A DNA stretch of 32,000 nt from Methylobacterium soli (GCF_008806385.1 NZ_VZZK01000017.1:2177-34176); one strand, 5' to 3'; positions 1 through 8,284 are shown, numbered from the stretch's first letter. Numbers and translations are program-made. The notes: generated by a model not told the origin, from the letters alone.

Positions 1-255
1 GATGGTGTCGTTGCCGGCCTCGCCGATGATCTGGTCGTTTCCTCCTCGACCGAAGATCGTGTCATCACCGGGGCCGCCGGCGATATAGTCGAGATCAGCG
101 CCCCCTGTGATGGTATCATTGCCGTCTTGCCCGTCGATCCGGTTGAATCCACCAGGATCGGAGATCGTATCGTTGCCAAGTAGGCCGAGAATGATGTCGT
201 CGGCTGCCGTGCCAGTCAGGATATCGTTGCCGTTCGTGCCTGAAATGGTAGCCAT
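1..255 (-). CDS. RTX / hemolysin-type calcium-binding repeat protein, N-terminal part (gene continues past the left edge)
   Basis: The reverse complement from ATG (comp. 253-255) reads MATISGTNGNDILTGTAADDIILGLLGNDTISD..GQDGNDTITGG..GGPGDDTIFGRGGNDQIIGEAGNDTI, with no stop down to position 1. A GGAGGA SD lies at comp. 264-269, 8 nt upstream. The sequence consists of tandem GGxGxD-type nonapeptides. It is absent from the ORF track because it is open-ended. Confidence 0.8.
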   Translation of the reverse strand, partial: MATISGTNGNDILTGTAADDIILGLLGNDTISDPGGFNRIDGQDGNDTITGGADLDYIAGGPGDDTIFGRGGNDQIIGEAGNDTI

Positions 256-920
256 CGTACGTTTCCTCCGGTGCTGAGTTCCCAATCAGCTAAATTCTCA
301 TCCCACGACCAAAAGGTTTGTTCCTCTCCGGCATGTGCGCAGGAATGTCGCATTAATCAAAGTTAATACTGCAGAACCAGCCTCAAAAAACTTAGCCACA
401 GCGAGCTAGTTCTTACGAGCGTCGAGTCGGCGAATTGCACGACCAGCTAAATACTGGTGCGCGCTGACCTTTTTAGAACTGAACGGTGCCGGCCGCGCCT
501 AGGCATTCGAAAGGCCGCCGGCTCTCGGCTGTTTCCGCCACCTGCCGAGTGGGCGAGGCCGCCCTTGGGCAAGGCGGTCTGCAATCTCTATCGTATCGGA
601 CAGGTCTGGGTTCCCGCCCGCGGCGCCACGCTCTGGCGAGACGAAGCGCAGGTGTTCCGATCGGAACTGGTAAGAGGCAGCCAGCGTCCGGCAGGGAACA
701 GGGAGAGCCCCGATGGCCGCCACGTATGTCGGCATCGACGCGAAATCCGACCGCACTCCCGCCTCTACTTCGTCCCGCAGCCCAGGCTCGTGAGGTTCCT
801 TCGTTAACGTACCGCAACCGAAAGACAACTTATGTCGGGAAGCCAGCGGAGCAGGAGCAACCTCCGTCGCCGGGCCCCGTTGCCCGTCCCTGAGCCTGAC
901 TCAGCCAGCAGGGAGACAAC

Positions 921-1103
921 ATGAAGAAGCTCGCAATCCTTACCACGCTGGCGCTGATGTGCGCCGGCCCTGTCCTAGCTCAGGGCCGCGATCCGAATAG
1001 CTCGTCGGCTGCATCCGGCAATGCCGAAGAAAACAACAAGCCGCGGTCCAACTCGACCGGCGGCGGTGGGGGAAGCGGCCAAGGCCCTGGCGGCGGCGGG
1101 TAG
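921..1103 (+). CDS. small secreted Gly-rich protein (hypothetical)
   Basis: The N-terminus MKKLAILTTLALMCAGPVLAQG looks like a signal peptide. GGGAGA lies 5 nt upstream of the ATG. The C-terminus is low-complexity (GGGGGSGQGPGGGG). Confidence 0.45.
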   Translation: MKKLAILTTLALMCAGPVLAQGRDPNSSSAASGNAEENNKPRSNSTGGGGGSGQGPGGGG

Positions 1104-1165
1104 TCGATCTCTACTTAAAGGAAGCGGCCTTGCAGCCTCACGGCTCGCGGGGCTTTTCGTTGATC

Positions 1166-1505
1166 TCAATTACTGCTGACGAGATGCAGACCCGACGTCG
1201 CGGGTGCTTGGGCGGAGTTTTCTCCGGAGCTCAGCTCCTCATCCCCGAACAGGACCGCGTATGTCTCGGGGTCGTAGAGGGCAGGATCATCTTGGCGAAG
1301 TCGCGGCCGGCAGGCCCAGAGCCTCAGCCCAGACCCGCAGCTTCTCAGGCGGAATGCGCCCACGCCCGGTCTCGATCTGCGAGATGAAGGTGTAGATCCC
1401 GGCGCCGACGAGTGCGCACATCTCGCGCTGCGACAGACCCTGCGCCTCGCGCAGACGCTTCAGGAGACGACCGCCTTCGCGGCGGAGCTCCTGACCTGAC
1501 GACGT
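1166..1505 (-). pseudogene. XRE-family helix-turn-helix regulator remnant (no start codon, frame changes)
   Basis: The minus strand reads ..ELRREGGRLLKRLREAQGLSQREMCALVGAGIYTFISQIETGRGRIPPEKLRVWAEALGLPAA and then hits TGA at comp. 1287-1289. The expected C-terminus (ALYDPETYAVLFGDEEL..) continues in another frame (ORF 1166..1363). A DFAKMIL stretch sits in the third frame between them. The frame opens at 1505 with no ATG/GTG/TTG ahead of the HTH. Confidence 0.55.
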
Positions 1506-2476
1506 TCACCGAGAGCGCCGAGGCGCACGCCTTCAACAATTACGGCGTCAACTCGGTCCTCGACACGGTGGCGGGCGGCGGCCAGCCGAACGCCGGGCAG
1601 GACGTCGCTCAGGCACCGGCTGGTACCGGTACTAGCGGTGGAGCTGGGTCAGGCGGATCGGCGCCCTCCGAGCCGCAGATCGTCTACGTGGATCGTCCTG
1701 TTCCGGTACCGACTCAGTACGTCGATCGCCCGATGCCTACTGCCGAGGCGCATCACATCACCTTCATCGAGGACGGCAAGCTGCCCGCTGGTACCCTCAA
1801 GGCGGATGGAACATTCGACAGCGGCGCCGGGACAGCTAACGCCGGCTTCACCACTCTGATCGACCACGATGCCGGCTTCGATTTCTCCGTCCGGTCGCAC
1901 GGTCGGCTGTCTGGCTTGTCCGACGACGCAACGGTAAAGCAGAGTGGTCACACGGTTACGGTCGATTACACTGCCCGTGCTGGCTCCCAGAACAACGACG
2001 CCGGCACGGATTCGACGAGGGGCAATGCCAGCCTCGACTTCCAGATTAGCAAAATGAATCTCGCTGACGCGGCCGATAACGCTAAAGGTAGCAAGGACGA
2101 TTTTAGTACTTTTGTCCAATTCAGGTCTTCCAATGCGGATGGCACCCAGAAGGTGATCACGGGCTACCTTATGAACACGGATGATACTCATTTCGAGTTC
2201 CGCTCAACAGGTGACGGTGGCGTGAAAAAGGACACCGTGCTGATTTCCGGCTTCAATCCGGCTGGTGACCATATCAGCAACTCGACCAACGCAGGGTTCG
2301 GGGTGTTCTCGGGCAAAGCCGACGTGCCGGTCGGAGACTACCATCTCAGCTTCTGGGCCGTGGACAACACCGGAATCGATGCCGGCCGCGAGATTGCACG
2401 CCTCGACGTGAACCTGCACCTCACCGATCCCTTGCAGGCCCAATCCGCTATCGCACCTCACGTCGATTTTGCCTGA
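1412..2476 (+). CDS. hypothetical protein, probably a 5'-truncated secreted/surface protein fragment
   Basis: This 354-aa ORF has high third-position GC. It is Gly/Ser/Thr/Asp-rich and has a PVPVPTQYVDRP linker. Its first ~30 codons are antisense to the XRE remnant and look fortuitous. A hairpin terminator follows the stop. Confidence 0.45.
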   Translation: MRTSRAATDPAPRADASGDDRLRGGAPDLTTFTESAEAHAFNNYGVNSVLDTVAGGGQPNAGQDVAQAPAGTGTSGGAGSGGSAPSEPQIVYVDRPVPVPTQYVDRPMPTAEAHHITFIEDGKLPAGTLKADGTFDSGAGTANAGFTTLIDHDAGFDFSVRSHGRLSGLSDDATVKQSGHTVTVDYTARAGSQNNDAGTDSTRGNASLDFQISKMNLADAADNAKGSKDDFSTFVQFRSSNADGTQKVITGYLMNTDDTHFEFRSTGDGGVKKDTVLISGFNPAGDHISNSTNAGFGVFSGKADVPVGDYHLSFWAVDNTGIDAGREIARLDVNLHLTDPLQAQSAIAPHVDFA

Positions 2477-2510
2477 TCCTTAAGCCCCGACGTCTCATAC
2501 GAACAAGAAG

Positions 2511-2534
2511 GGCGCCCAACTGGGTGCCTTTTTT
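2511..2534. terminator. intrinsic terminator hairpin between convergent genes
   Basis: GGCGCCC (2511-2517) pairs with GGGTGCC (2522-2528), with one G-T pair and an AACT loop. TTTTTT follows (2529-2534). On the other strand the stem is preceded by A6 and followed by TTCTTG, so it may act bidirectionally. Confidence 0.5.
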
Positions 2535-2700
2535 CGTTACGAGCTTCGGGGTTTTGACCTCATCTCCTTTCGTGTAGCGGATCGACATGAAGCTGATTTG
2601 CATTCTCGTGGCAGCGACCCTTGTGCCGAGCGGTCGCGAGGCCTTATTCAAGCCCGAGCTTTCACGGAAAGTCGATGAGCTGAATCACCGAACAGCGCGA

Positions 2701-3198
2701 TCAGCGCCCGATCTTGCTCCAGTCCCAGTCGATGGTGTTGTCCTCGGGCAAGGTGATCATCGGCCGCACTTCAGACTTCGCCCGCTCGGCAGCTTCGGTC
2801 TGAGCACGGGCTCGGGCAAGTTCGCCTAGGGTGGAGAGATTGCCCATCGAGAGGAGTTGCGCGTAGGCCATTCCCACGCCGGCGGCTCGACGAAGCGGGC
2901 CGAAGGCAGCATCATCAAGCGTGTTCAGGGCGAGTTCGTTGACGCGGTGCAGGCCGCTTACCTGCTGCATGCCGTCCGCGCCCTGGATCGTGATTGGCCA
3001 GGGCTCGATCACCCCGGCCGCATGAAGCTGCGCGCAGGCGTTGGCCAGGACAGCTTCGCTCTTCGCGGCCTTCTGGAGGAAGGCCCAGACCTGCTGGAGG
3101 GACGCGCTGGGCTCGCCTGTCTCGTCGAAGAAAGCCTCGCCCTCTTCGCTTTCCACCACGAGCCCGCTCGCCTCATCGACACACAGCACGGGCTGCAC
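2701..3198 (-). CDS. hypothetical protein; resembles the C-terminal two-thirds of SapC-family proteins (possibly 5'-truncated)
   Basis: This is a 165-aa ORF with a GTG start. The pattern ..VLCVDEASGLV..EGEAFFDETGEPS..L..V..FL......L...G..EP..I....DG......GL..V.E..L..LDD.AF..L...G....AYAQL.S... matches my memory of SapC-family architecture. The expected N-terminal ~90 aa are missing and an in-frame TAA lies about 70 nt upstream. Confidence 0.5.
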   Translation of the reverse strand: MQPVLCVDEASGLVVESEEGEAFFDETGEPSASLQQVWAFLQKAAKSEAVLANACAQLHAAGVIEPWPITIQGADGMQQVSGLHRVNELALNTLDDAAFGPLRRAAGVGMAYAQLLSMGNLSTLGELARARAQTEAAERAKSEVRPMITLPEDNTIDWDWSKIGR

Positions 3199-3752
3199 TG
3201 CTGCGCTTCCCTTTGGCGCGCTAACCCGCCGCTTCGATGTCTGGTTCGTTCCCGGGAGGCAGTAGGGTTACTCCTTCAGCAGATGAAAGCCGGACCAGCT
3301 TCTACAGGCTCGGCCTCGCCACCACCGGCACCGGCGACCTCCCGCTTCCCCACCGTGCCGATCATTCCGGATAGGTCACGATCCGCTTGCCGTCGCGGGC
3401 TGAGTACCGCTGCCGCAGCGCGATGTCAGGCACGAGCTCGTCCGGCCGCAGCATCTCGAACGGGACCATCGCCTCGGCTGCAAGCGGAGCCGCCGCGCAT
3501 GTTGCCGGACCTGGCAAAGGTGCCCGTCGCGATCGTGGCGGGCGACGCTTTGTTTCGGGCCACGATGGACGATTGAACGGCCAGGTTCCTGGAGGAGGCC
3601 GGAGCGAAGCCGGATCGGCTAGCACTGGCCGAGCACGGCATCCGCGGCAAAGGTCACATGATGACGCTGGCGGCGAACAACGGTGAGGCCGCTGACGCCC
3701 TCATCGGCTGGATCACCAGCAAGGTCCGATGAAGGATCGATTGCAGCGCAGG

Positions 3753-4399
3753 TCACCCCTCGTCCGCTCGAGGGCCTCTCGCGACCTCCTTCATCATCGC
3801 GTCGGGCAGGAGTCGTTGCAACTTCAGCGCCTCTTCGACTGGCGCCTCAAGCCAGGTGCTCCATTCGTCTTCGGTCGTCAGCAGCACCGGCACGGCCTTC
3901 GGGTGCACCGGGCCGACCACACACCGTTCGCCTCGGTTGTGAGGAAACTGTGGAGCCGGTGCTCCTCCTCGACCGGTTGGTCGCGCTTCGGTCCGCGCAC
4001 GCCCGTCCACGGGCGCCAAATGCCCGCGAAGGCAAAGAGCGGGCGCTCCTCGTCCAGAGCAAACCACACGGGCGTCTTCTTCGGCTTGGTGTCGGCGTAC
4101 TCGCTGAAGGCCGAGACCGGCACGAGGCAGCGGTATTCCGGCTTCAGCCAGGGCCTCCAGTAGGGCGACGCGACGTTGCGCACGTTCGTGACCGGCTGCG
4201 TGCCAACTTTCGGCGGTGGCGGGAATCCCCAACGCATCATGCTGAGTTCGCGACCATCGTCCCGTCGGCGCACCACCGGCGCCATCTGATCGGGGAAGAT
4301 CCCGGGCAGCGGCGGCAGGTTGCCGGTTCGGTCCTCCGTGACGCCGAACGCCTTGCGGATGGCGTCCTGACCCTTGTTCAGGCTGTAGAGATTGCACAT
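3753..4399 (-). pseudogene. SOS response-associated peptidase (SRAP / YedK-HMCES family), frameshifted
   Basis: The N-terminal frame (3878..4399) starts MCNLYS (catalytic Cys2) and runs to ..FLTTEANGV. The family continuation VGPVHPKAVPVLLTTEDEWSTWLEAP.. is in the frame of ORF 3753..4397. The frames join across a GTGTGTG tract (plus-strand CACACA, 3918-3923). The total length of 647 nt equals 3n+2, consistent with a 2-nt insertion. Confidence 0.8.
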
Positions 4400-4484
4400 G
4401 CGGCTATCGTCGCGGGACAGCAGTCAAGGTTCAAGTGTATGAGCAGCGAAACCAACCCGCTGCCCGCCGACCGATAGGAGGCCC

Positions 4485-4820
4485 ATGTCGGAGATCGTCT
4501 TCACCGTGCGATCCGAAAGCGACGGCGCACAGTACCGTCTGGAAGCCTCGAGGACAGATCGCGGCATTCGCTTCACCTGTAGCTGCGCGGCTGGTTTGAA
4601 GGGTGCCCACTGCCAGCATCGTCTCGCCCTGCTCCTCAAGGACACACGCGCCTGCGTGGAAGTGATCGATGCGGACGTCGCGGCCCTTCACCAGATGGCC
4701 AAGGGCTCGCACCTGATGCAGGCCGTCGAGATGATGGTGCAGGCGCAAGCGACTGTCGACGAGGCCCAAGCTGATCTCCGGCGAGCGAAGAGGGTGCTCG
4801 CGACCATGCTCGGCGGGTGA
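4485..4820 (+). CDS. SWIM zinc-finger protein (hypothetical)
   Basis: A strong SD (AGGAGG) lies 5 nt upstream of the ATG. The motif FTCSCAAGLKGAHCQH fits the CxCxnCxH SWIM signature. The C-terminal half looks helical/coiled-coil. The gene is divergent from the SRAP gene. Confidence 0.7.
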   Translation: MSEIVFTVRSESDGAQYRLEASRTDRGIRFTCSCAAGLKGAHCQHRLALLLKDTRACVEVIDADVAALHQMAKGSHLMQAVEMMVQAQATVDEAQADLRRAKRVLATMLGG

Positions 4821-4910
4821 GCGAGACGAACTCGACCCGCGCAACTCACGGGAACTCCCTCAGAGCCTCAGGGATTTGTTCTCCGCCAATAATGATCGGA
4901 GGAACACACC

Positions 4911-5309
4911 ATGAAGGCTTCACGTCTTATCAGCGCCGCTGCCATTCTGGCTCTCACAGCCGGATCTGCGTTAGCGGCTCCTTGCAATACCGGCTCGACG
5001 AAGGGCAAGAGCCCGGATCAGCAGACTTCAAACGAGAAGAGCTCGGACGTTGATAAGTCCAGCAAGAACCTCGCTGGTGGTCAGCAGCCGGCTTCGCCGG
5101 GTACGGTCGGCGCCATGAACAACGTCGGCGCCAATCAGATGACCGGCGACAAGCAGGCCTCGAACGATCAGAACACTCGCAGCGGACCCAAGGATCCGGC
5201 GAGCAAGAACCTTGCAGGCGGCGAGCAGCCTGCCTCCCCGGGGACCGTTGGCGCCATGAACAATGCGGGAGCCAATCAGCAGGTCGGACAGAAGGATGAC
5301 GGGTGCTAA
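4911..5309 (+). CDS. secreted protein with internal 47-aa tandem duplication (hypothetical)
   Basis: A GGAGGA SD is present and the signal peptide reads MKASRLISAAAILALTAGSALAAP. The segment SKNLAGG(Q/E)QPASPGTVGAMNN(V/A)GANQ occurs twice. A hairpin follows the stop. Confidence 0.7.
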   Translation: MKASRLISAAAILALTAGSALAAPCNTGSTKGKSPDQQTSNEKSSDVDKSSKNLAGGQQPASPGTVGAMNNVGANQMTGDKQASNDQNTRSGPKDPASKNLAGGEQPASPGTVGAMNNAGANQQVGQKDDGC

Positions 5310-5338
5310 GCGCAATCGCTGTCAGCTAAGCGAAGACG

Positions 5339-5370
5339 AGCCCGCCCAGCATTCGCTGCGGCGGGCTTTT
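5339..5370 (+). terminator. putative intrinsic terminator
   Basis: AGCCCGCC (5339-5346) pairs with GGCGGGCT (5360-5367) around a 13-nt loop. Only a short T run follows (to 5370). Confidence 0.4.
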
Positions 5371-5889
5371 GCATGCGCACCTTGTCAGCACGGGCTGATG
5401 CTCCACACGAACGAAGAACCGGCCGCCACGACAGATGGGAAGCTCCATCCAACGCAACGACCGGTTCCCCGTTAATCATTGGAAGAACGAGCCCGAAAGC
5501 TCAGTCGGATAACAATCAGCCGCTTCGAAAGTTCAAGGCGTCGCCATACGATTGTACATGTTTGTCATGTCGACGCGCTCGCCCCGCTTCTCAGAGGGGA
5601 GCGATCTCGAATTCCATTCCTCGGCCAGGACCCTGGTCGGCATAGTCCACCAAGCTGTAGCCGCGCTCGCTCAAGGCCGTTTCCATGATGTCGCGGTGTC
5701 TGCGGAACATCTGGCCGATAGCAAGGGGTGTCAGTCGCGGGTTGCCCTGCCTTAGCCGATCAACCCCGATCTGCAACGGGGCACCTTCGTTCGGCCATGC
5801 GGACTAGCGCAGATGCCAAGTCGGCGGCTTTTGTTTCCGCCGCAGATTTCGGTTTGAATGCCTTCTTATCTCTCTGTCTGCGGTCGGCG

Positions 5890-6143
5890 TCAGCCGCCGG
5901 TCAGCCCCTCTGCGAAGTCCTCCGGCACCTCGCCGAATTGACCGAGGATCGTTGCGCTTTCCAACTCGCCCGTCTCGTCGTCGGCCACGACCCGTAGCGC
6001 TACCGTGCCTGGCATCCGGCCGGCCATGGACTCGGCGCGCTTCAACGCACCGCTCTCGGTCGGCGCGAGCTGCCGCTCCCCTGGTCCCAAGGCTTGCGCT
6101 TGATGACGAAGGTCTGCACCAGGAACGTCGTCTTCATACCCAT
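5890..6143 (-). pseudogene. small conserved-looking protein split by a frame change
   Basis: The ATG at comp. 6141-6143 has a GGAGAG SD and reads MGMKTTFLVQTFVIKRKP.., then runs into a stop. The plausible continuation LGPGERQLAPTESGALKRAESMAGRMPGTVALRVVADDETGELESATILGQFGEVPEDF is ORF 5890..6090 in another frame. The switch is near 6088-6095, and 254 nt equals 3n+2. Confidence 0.5.
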
Positions 6144-6155
6144 TTCACTCTCCCC

Positions 6156-6403
6156 CTAAGCCGCTTGGCGCAGCTCGCGCACATCGCTGAAATCCAGCGT
6201 GCCGACGTGCCGGCCCTTGCTGTCGTGGACGTCGACGATCCAACTCGACCAGTCGAGGCGGCCGCCGCAGCTCTGCATGACCTCGCGCGCGACGCGTTCG
6301 GCGTGACCCCAAATCAGAAGCGGATCGGCCAATCGCTTGCCGGCTCGATCGAAGACCGCATGCGACCATCGGTGCAATGAAAGCGGTAACGATCGGCAGG
6401 CAT
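6156..6403 (-). pseudogene. DUF6894-like small protein, frameshifted
   Basis: The ATG at comp. 6401-6403 has an AGGAGA SD and reads MPADRYRFHCTDG.. (a family-typical N-terminus), then terminates early. The continuation HAVFDRAGKRLADPLLIWGHAERVAREVMQS..WIVDVHDSKGRHVGTLDF is ORF 6156..6377 in another frame. The switch is near 6362-6366. Confidence 0.55.
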
Positions 6404-6491
6404 TCGCTTTCTCCTATGCTGTCCACAGGCATTCACAGGCTCGCGAGATTGCGAGCCGAGCCGGATTGAAGCTCGCACGCCCATGATGTCT

Positions 6492-6506
6492 GTTCTCTGT
6501 ATGTTC
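6492..6506 (+). promoter_or_regulatory. alphaproteobacterial-type LexA operator (SOS box) GTTC-N7-GTTC
   Basis: GTTC (6492-6495), then tctgtat, then GTTC (6503-6506). It lies 18 nt upstream of the umuD GTG start, with GGAGAGA at 6514-6520 in between. Confidence 0.75.
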
Positions 6507-6523
6507 TCGTACCGGAGAGAGCC

Positions 6524-6997
6524 GTGGACGTCTATCGGATCGGCGAATTGGCCGCGGGCTCGGGAGCGCTTGTCCACGTTCCAATCCTGGGACAATGCCT
6601 CTGCGCCGGCTTCCCTCCGCCCGCCGACGACTTCCGGGAAGGCGCGCTGGAGCTGCCGCGCTGGCTCGCGCCCAACCCGCCTGCAACCTTCGCCTGGAAC
6701 ATCTCGGGCAACAGCATGCGAGCTGCGGGCATCTTCGATCGCGACCTTGCGGTGGTCGATCGAAGCCTCAAGGCCGGGCACGGCAGCGTCGTGGTCGCGG
6801 CGATTGATGGTGAGATGTCGATCAAGCGGCTGGTGATCGACGGCAATGTCGCGCGCCTCGCTTTCGACAACTCGGACTTGCCGGCCTTCGCGGTTGAGGA
6901 GCTGAGTGACGGCGAGATCTGGGGCGTGGTGCGTTTCTCGATCCGCTGGCACATTGCGCGTGCCCGGCTGGTGCGATCAGCCGCGCCATCGCGCTGA
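6524..6997 (+). CDS. umuD: UmuD-like S24 peptidase (translesion polymerase V accessory subunit)
   Basis: GTG start. A self-cleavage-type motif [12 protein letters not shown] is present. The Ser nucleophile lies in ISGNSM and the Lys in MSIKRL. The gene sits directly upstream of umuC and downstream of an SOS box. Confidence 0.85.
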   Translation: MDVYRIGELAAGSGALVHVPILGQCLCAGFPPPADDFREGALELPRWLAPNPPATFAWNISGNSMRAAGIFDRDLAVVDRSLKAGHGSVVVAAIDGEMSIKRLVIDGNVARLAFDNSDLPAFAVEELSDGEIWGVVRFSIRWHIARARLVRSAAPSR

Positions 6998-8265
6998 TCG
7001 ACGGCAATTCGTTCTACTGCTCCTGCGAGCGGGTGTTCGATCCGAAGCTCGCGGTCGTGCCGGTGATCGTGCTGTCCAACAACGATGGCTGCGCGATCGC
7101 CCGAACCGCCGAGGCCAAGGCGCTCGGGATCCGCATGGGCGCACCCTACTTCAAGATCCGCGACATGTGCCGGCGCAAGGGCGTGCGCGTGTTCTCGTCC
7201 AACTACACGCTCTATGGCGACATGTCGGCGCGCACCAACGCGGTCTACCGCGACTTTGCGCGAGCCGTGGAGATCTACTCGGTCGACGAAAGCTTCCTCG
7301 ACCTCTCGGATGTGCGCGAGCATGAGCGTCTGGAACTCGCTCGGGACCTGCGCGCCACGGTGCGGGCCTAGACCGGGATCCCGACCTGCGTCGGCATCGG
7401 CCCGACCAAGACACTCGCCAAGCTCGCCAACCACATCGCCAAGAGCATCCCCGAGCTCGGCGGCGTCTGCGACCTCTCGGACGAGGACGAGCGCGCGGCC
7501 TGGCTCTGCCGCGTCCATGTCGGCGAGGTCTGGGGCATCGGGCGCGCCTCGCTCACCAAGCTCGAAGCCATGGGCGTCGACACGGTGGCGGAACTGCGCG
7601 ACCTCGATCTGCGTCCGGTGCGCAAGGCCATGACGGTGGTGGGCGAGCGCATCATCCACGAGCTACGCGGCCTCGCCTGTCTGCCGCTCGAGCTGTTGCC
7701 GGCCCAGCGCAAGGGCTGCGCCGTCACTCGCTCGTTCTCCAGCCGCATCGAGGACCGCGCCACGCTGGAGCAGGCCGTCGCGGCCCATGCGACGCGGCTC
7801 GGCGAGAAATTGCGGCGGGGTGGGCTCGGCACCTCGCACGTCACGGTCTTCTACCACACGAGCGAGCAAGACCGCGGCGAGCCGATGCTCTCGGTCTCGA
7901 CCACCGTGACGCTGCCGGAGGCGACGAACGACACGCTGGCGCTGATCAAGGCGGCGCGCCTCGGTGTCGCCAAGACCTGGCGCGAGGCCGGCGAGCGGCC
8001 CTGGCGCTACAGCAAGGCTGGCGTCGTGACGACGGATCTGATGCTGCTGAGGGACAGCCCGCGGGCGCTGATCGGGCAACTCGACCGCAAACGCTCCGAT
8101 CCGCTCATGGCCGCGATCGACACCTGCAACGCTCGCTTCGGCCGTGGCAGCGTCGTGCCAGCCCGCGCCGGCCTCGAGGAGAAGCGGGCTTGGAGCACGA
8201 AGTTCGAGATGTGCACGCCGCGCTACACGACCCAGCTTGCGGAGTTGCCGACGGCCATTGCCTGA
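6988..8265 (+). pseudogene. umuC: UmuC-like Y-family DNA polymerase, with in-frame amber codon and no canonical start
   Basis: A single reading frame gives ..[55 protein letters not shown], then TAG (7369-7371), then TGIPTCVGIGPTKTLAKLANHIAK.. through to 8265. The TAG sits where the family has W (..WTGIP..). Upstream, the frame opens at 6910 and has no ATG/GTG/TTG before ALIDGN; the only candidate is ATC at 6988. Confidence 0.85.
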
Positions 8266-8284
8266 GACGGGCAGCGTGGGTTTC

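Noticed and set aside
457-893. Four overlapping ORFs of 109-135 aa on both strands, between the RTX gene and the small secreted protein.
   Set aside because: They are mutually exclusive, Arg/Pro-rich, and have no SD or recognisable motif. The minus-strand 499..828 frame has a few protein-like stretches, but not enough to call.
3362-3625. An 87-aa minus ORF whose last 35 residues (MVPFEMLRPDELVPDIALRQRYSARDGKRIVTYPE) look protein-like.
   Set aside because: The N-terminal part is Pro/Arg-rich noise, and there is no motif and no SD. It cannot be distinguished from a chance ORF or a remnant.
3576-3732. A 52-codon open frame reading ..LEEAGAKPDRLALAEHGIRGKGHMMTLAANNGEAADALIGWITSKVR. It resembles the C-terminus of an alpha/beta hydrolase (catalytic His region).
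   Set aside because: It has no start codon and is too short, and the resemblance is only from memory of the fold's C-terminal pattern. It is possibly another gene remnant, but this is not supportable as a feature.
4400-4484. A search for a GTTC-N7-GTTC SOS box upstream of the SRAP and SWIM genes, and also upstream of the 2701..3198 gene.
   Set aside because: Only partial matches were found (for example GGTTCAAGTGTATGAGC). None has both GTTC half-sites at 7-nt spacing.
5591-5776. A 61-aa minus ORF (..FRRHRDIMETALSERGYSLVDYADQGPGRGMEFEIAPL).
   Set aside because: The translation is plausible, but the ORF is isolated with no start context or family recognition. It is possibly a gene fragment.
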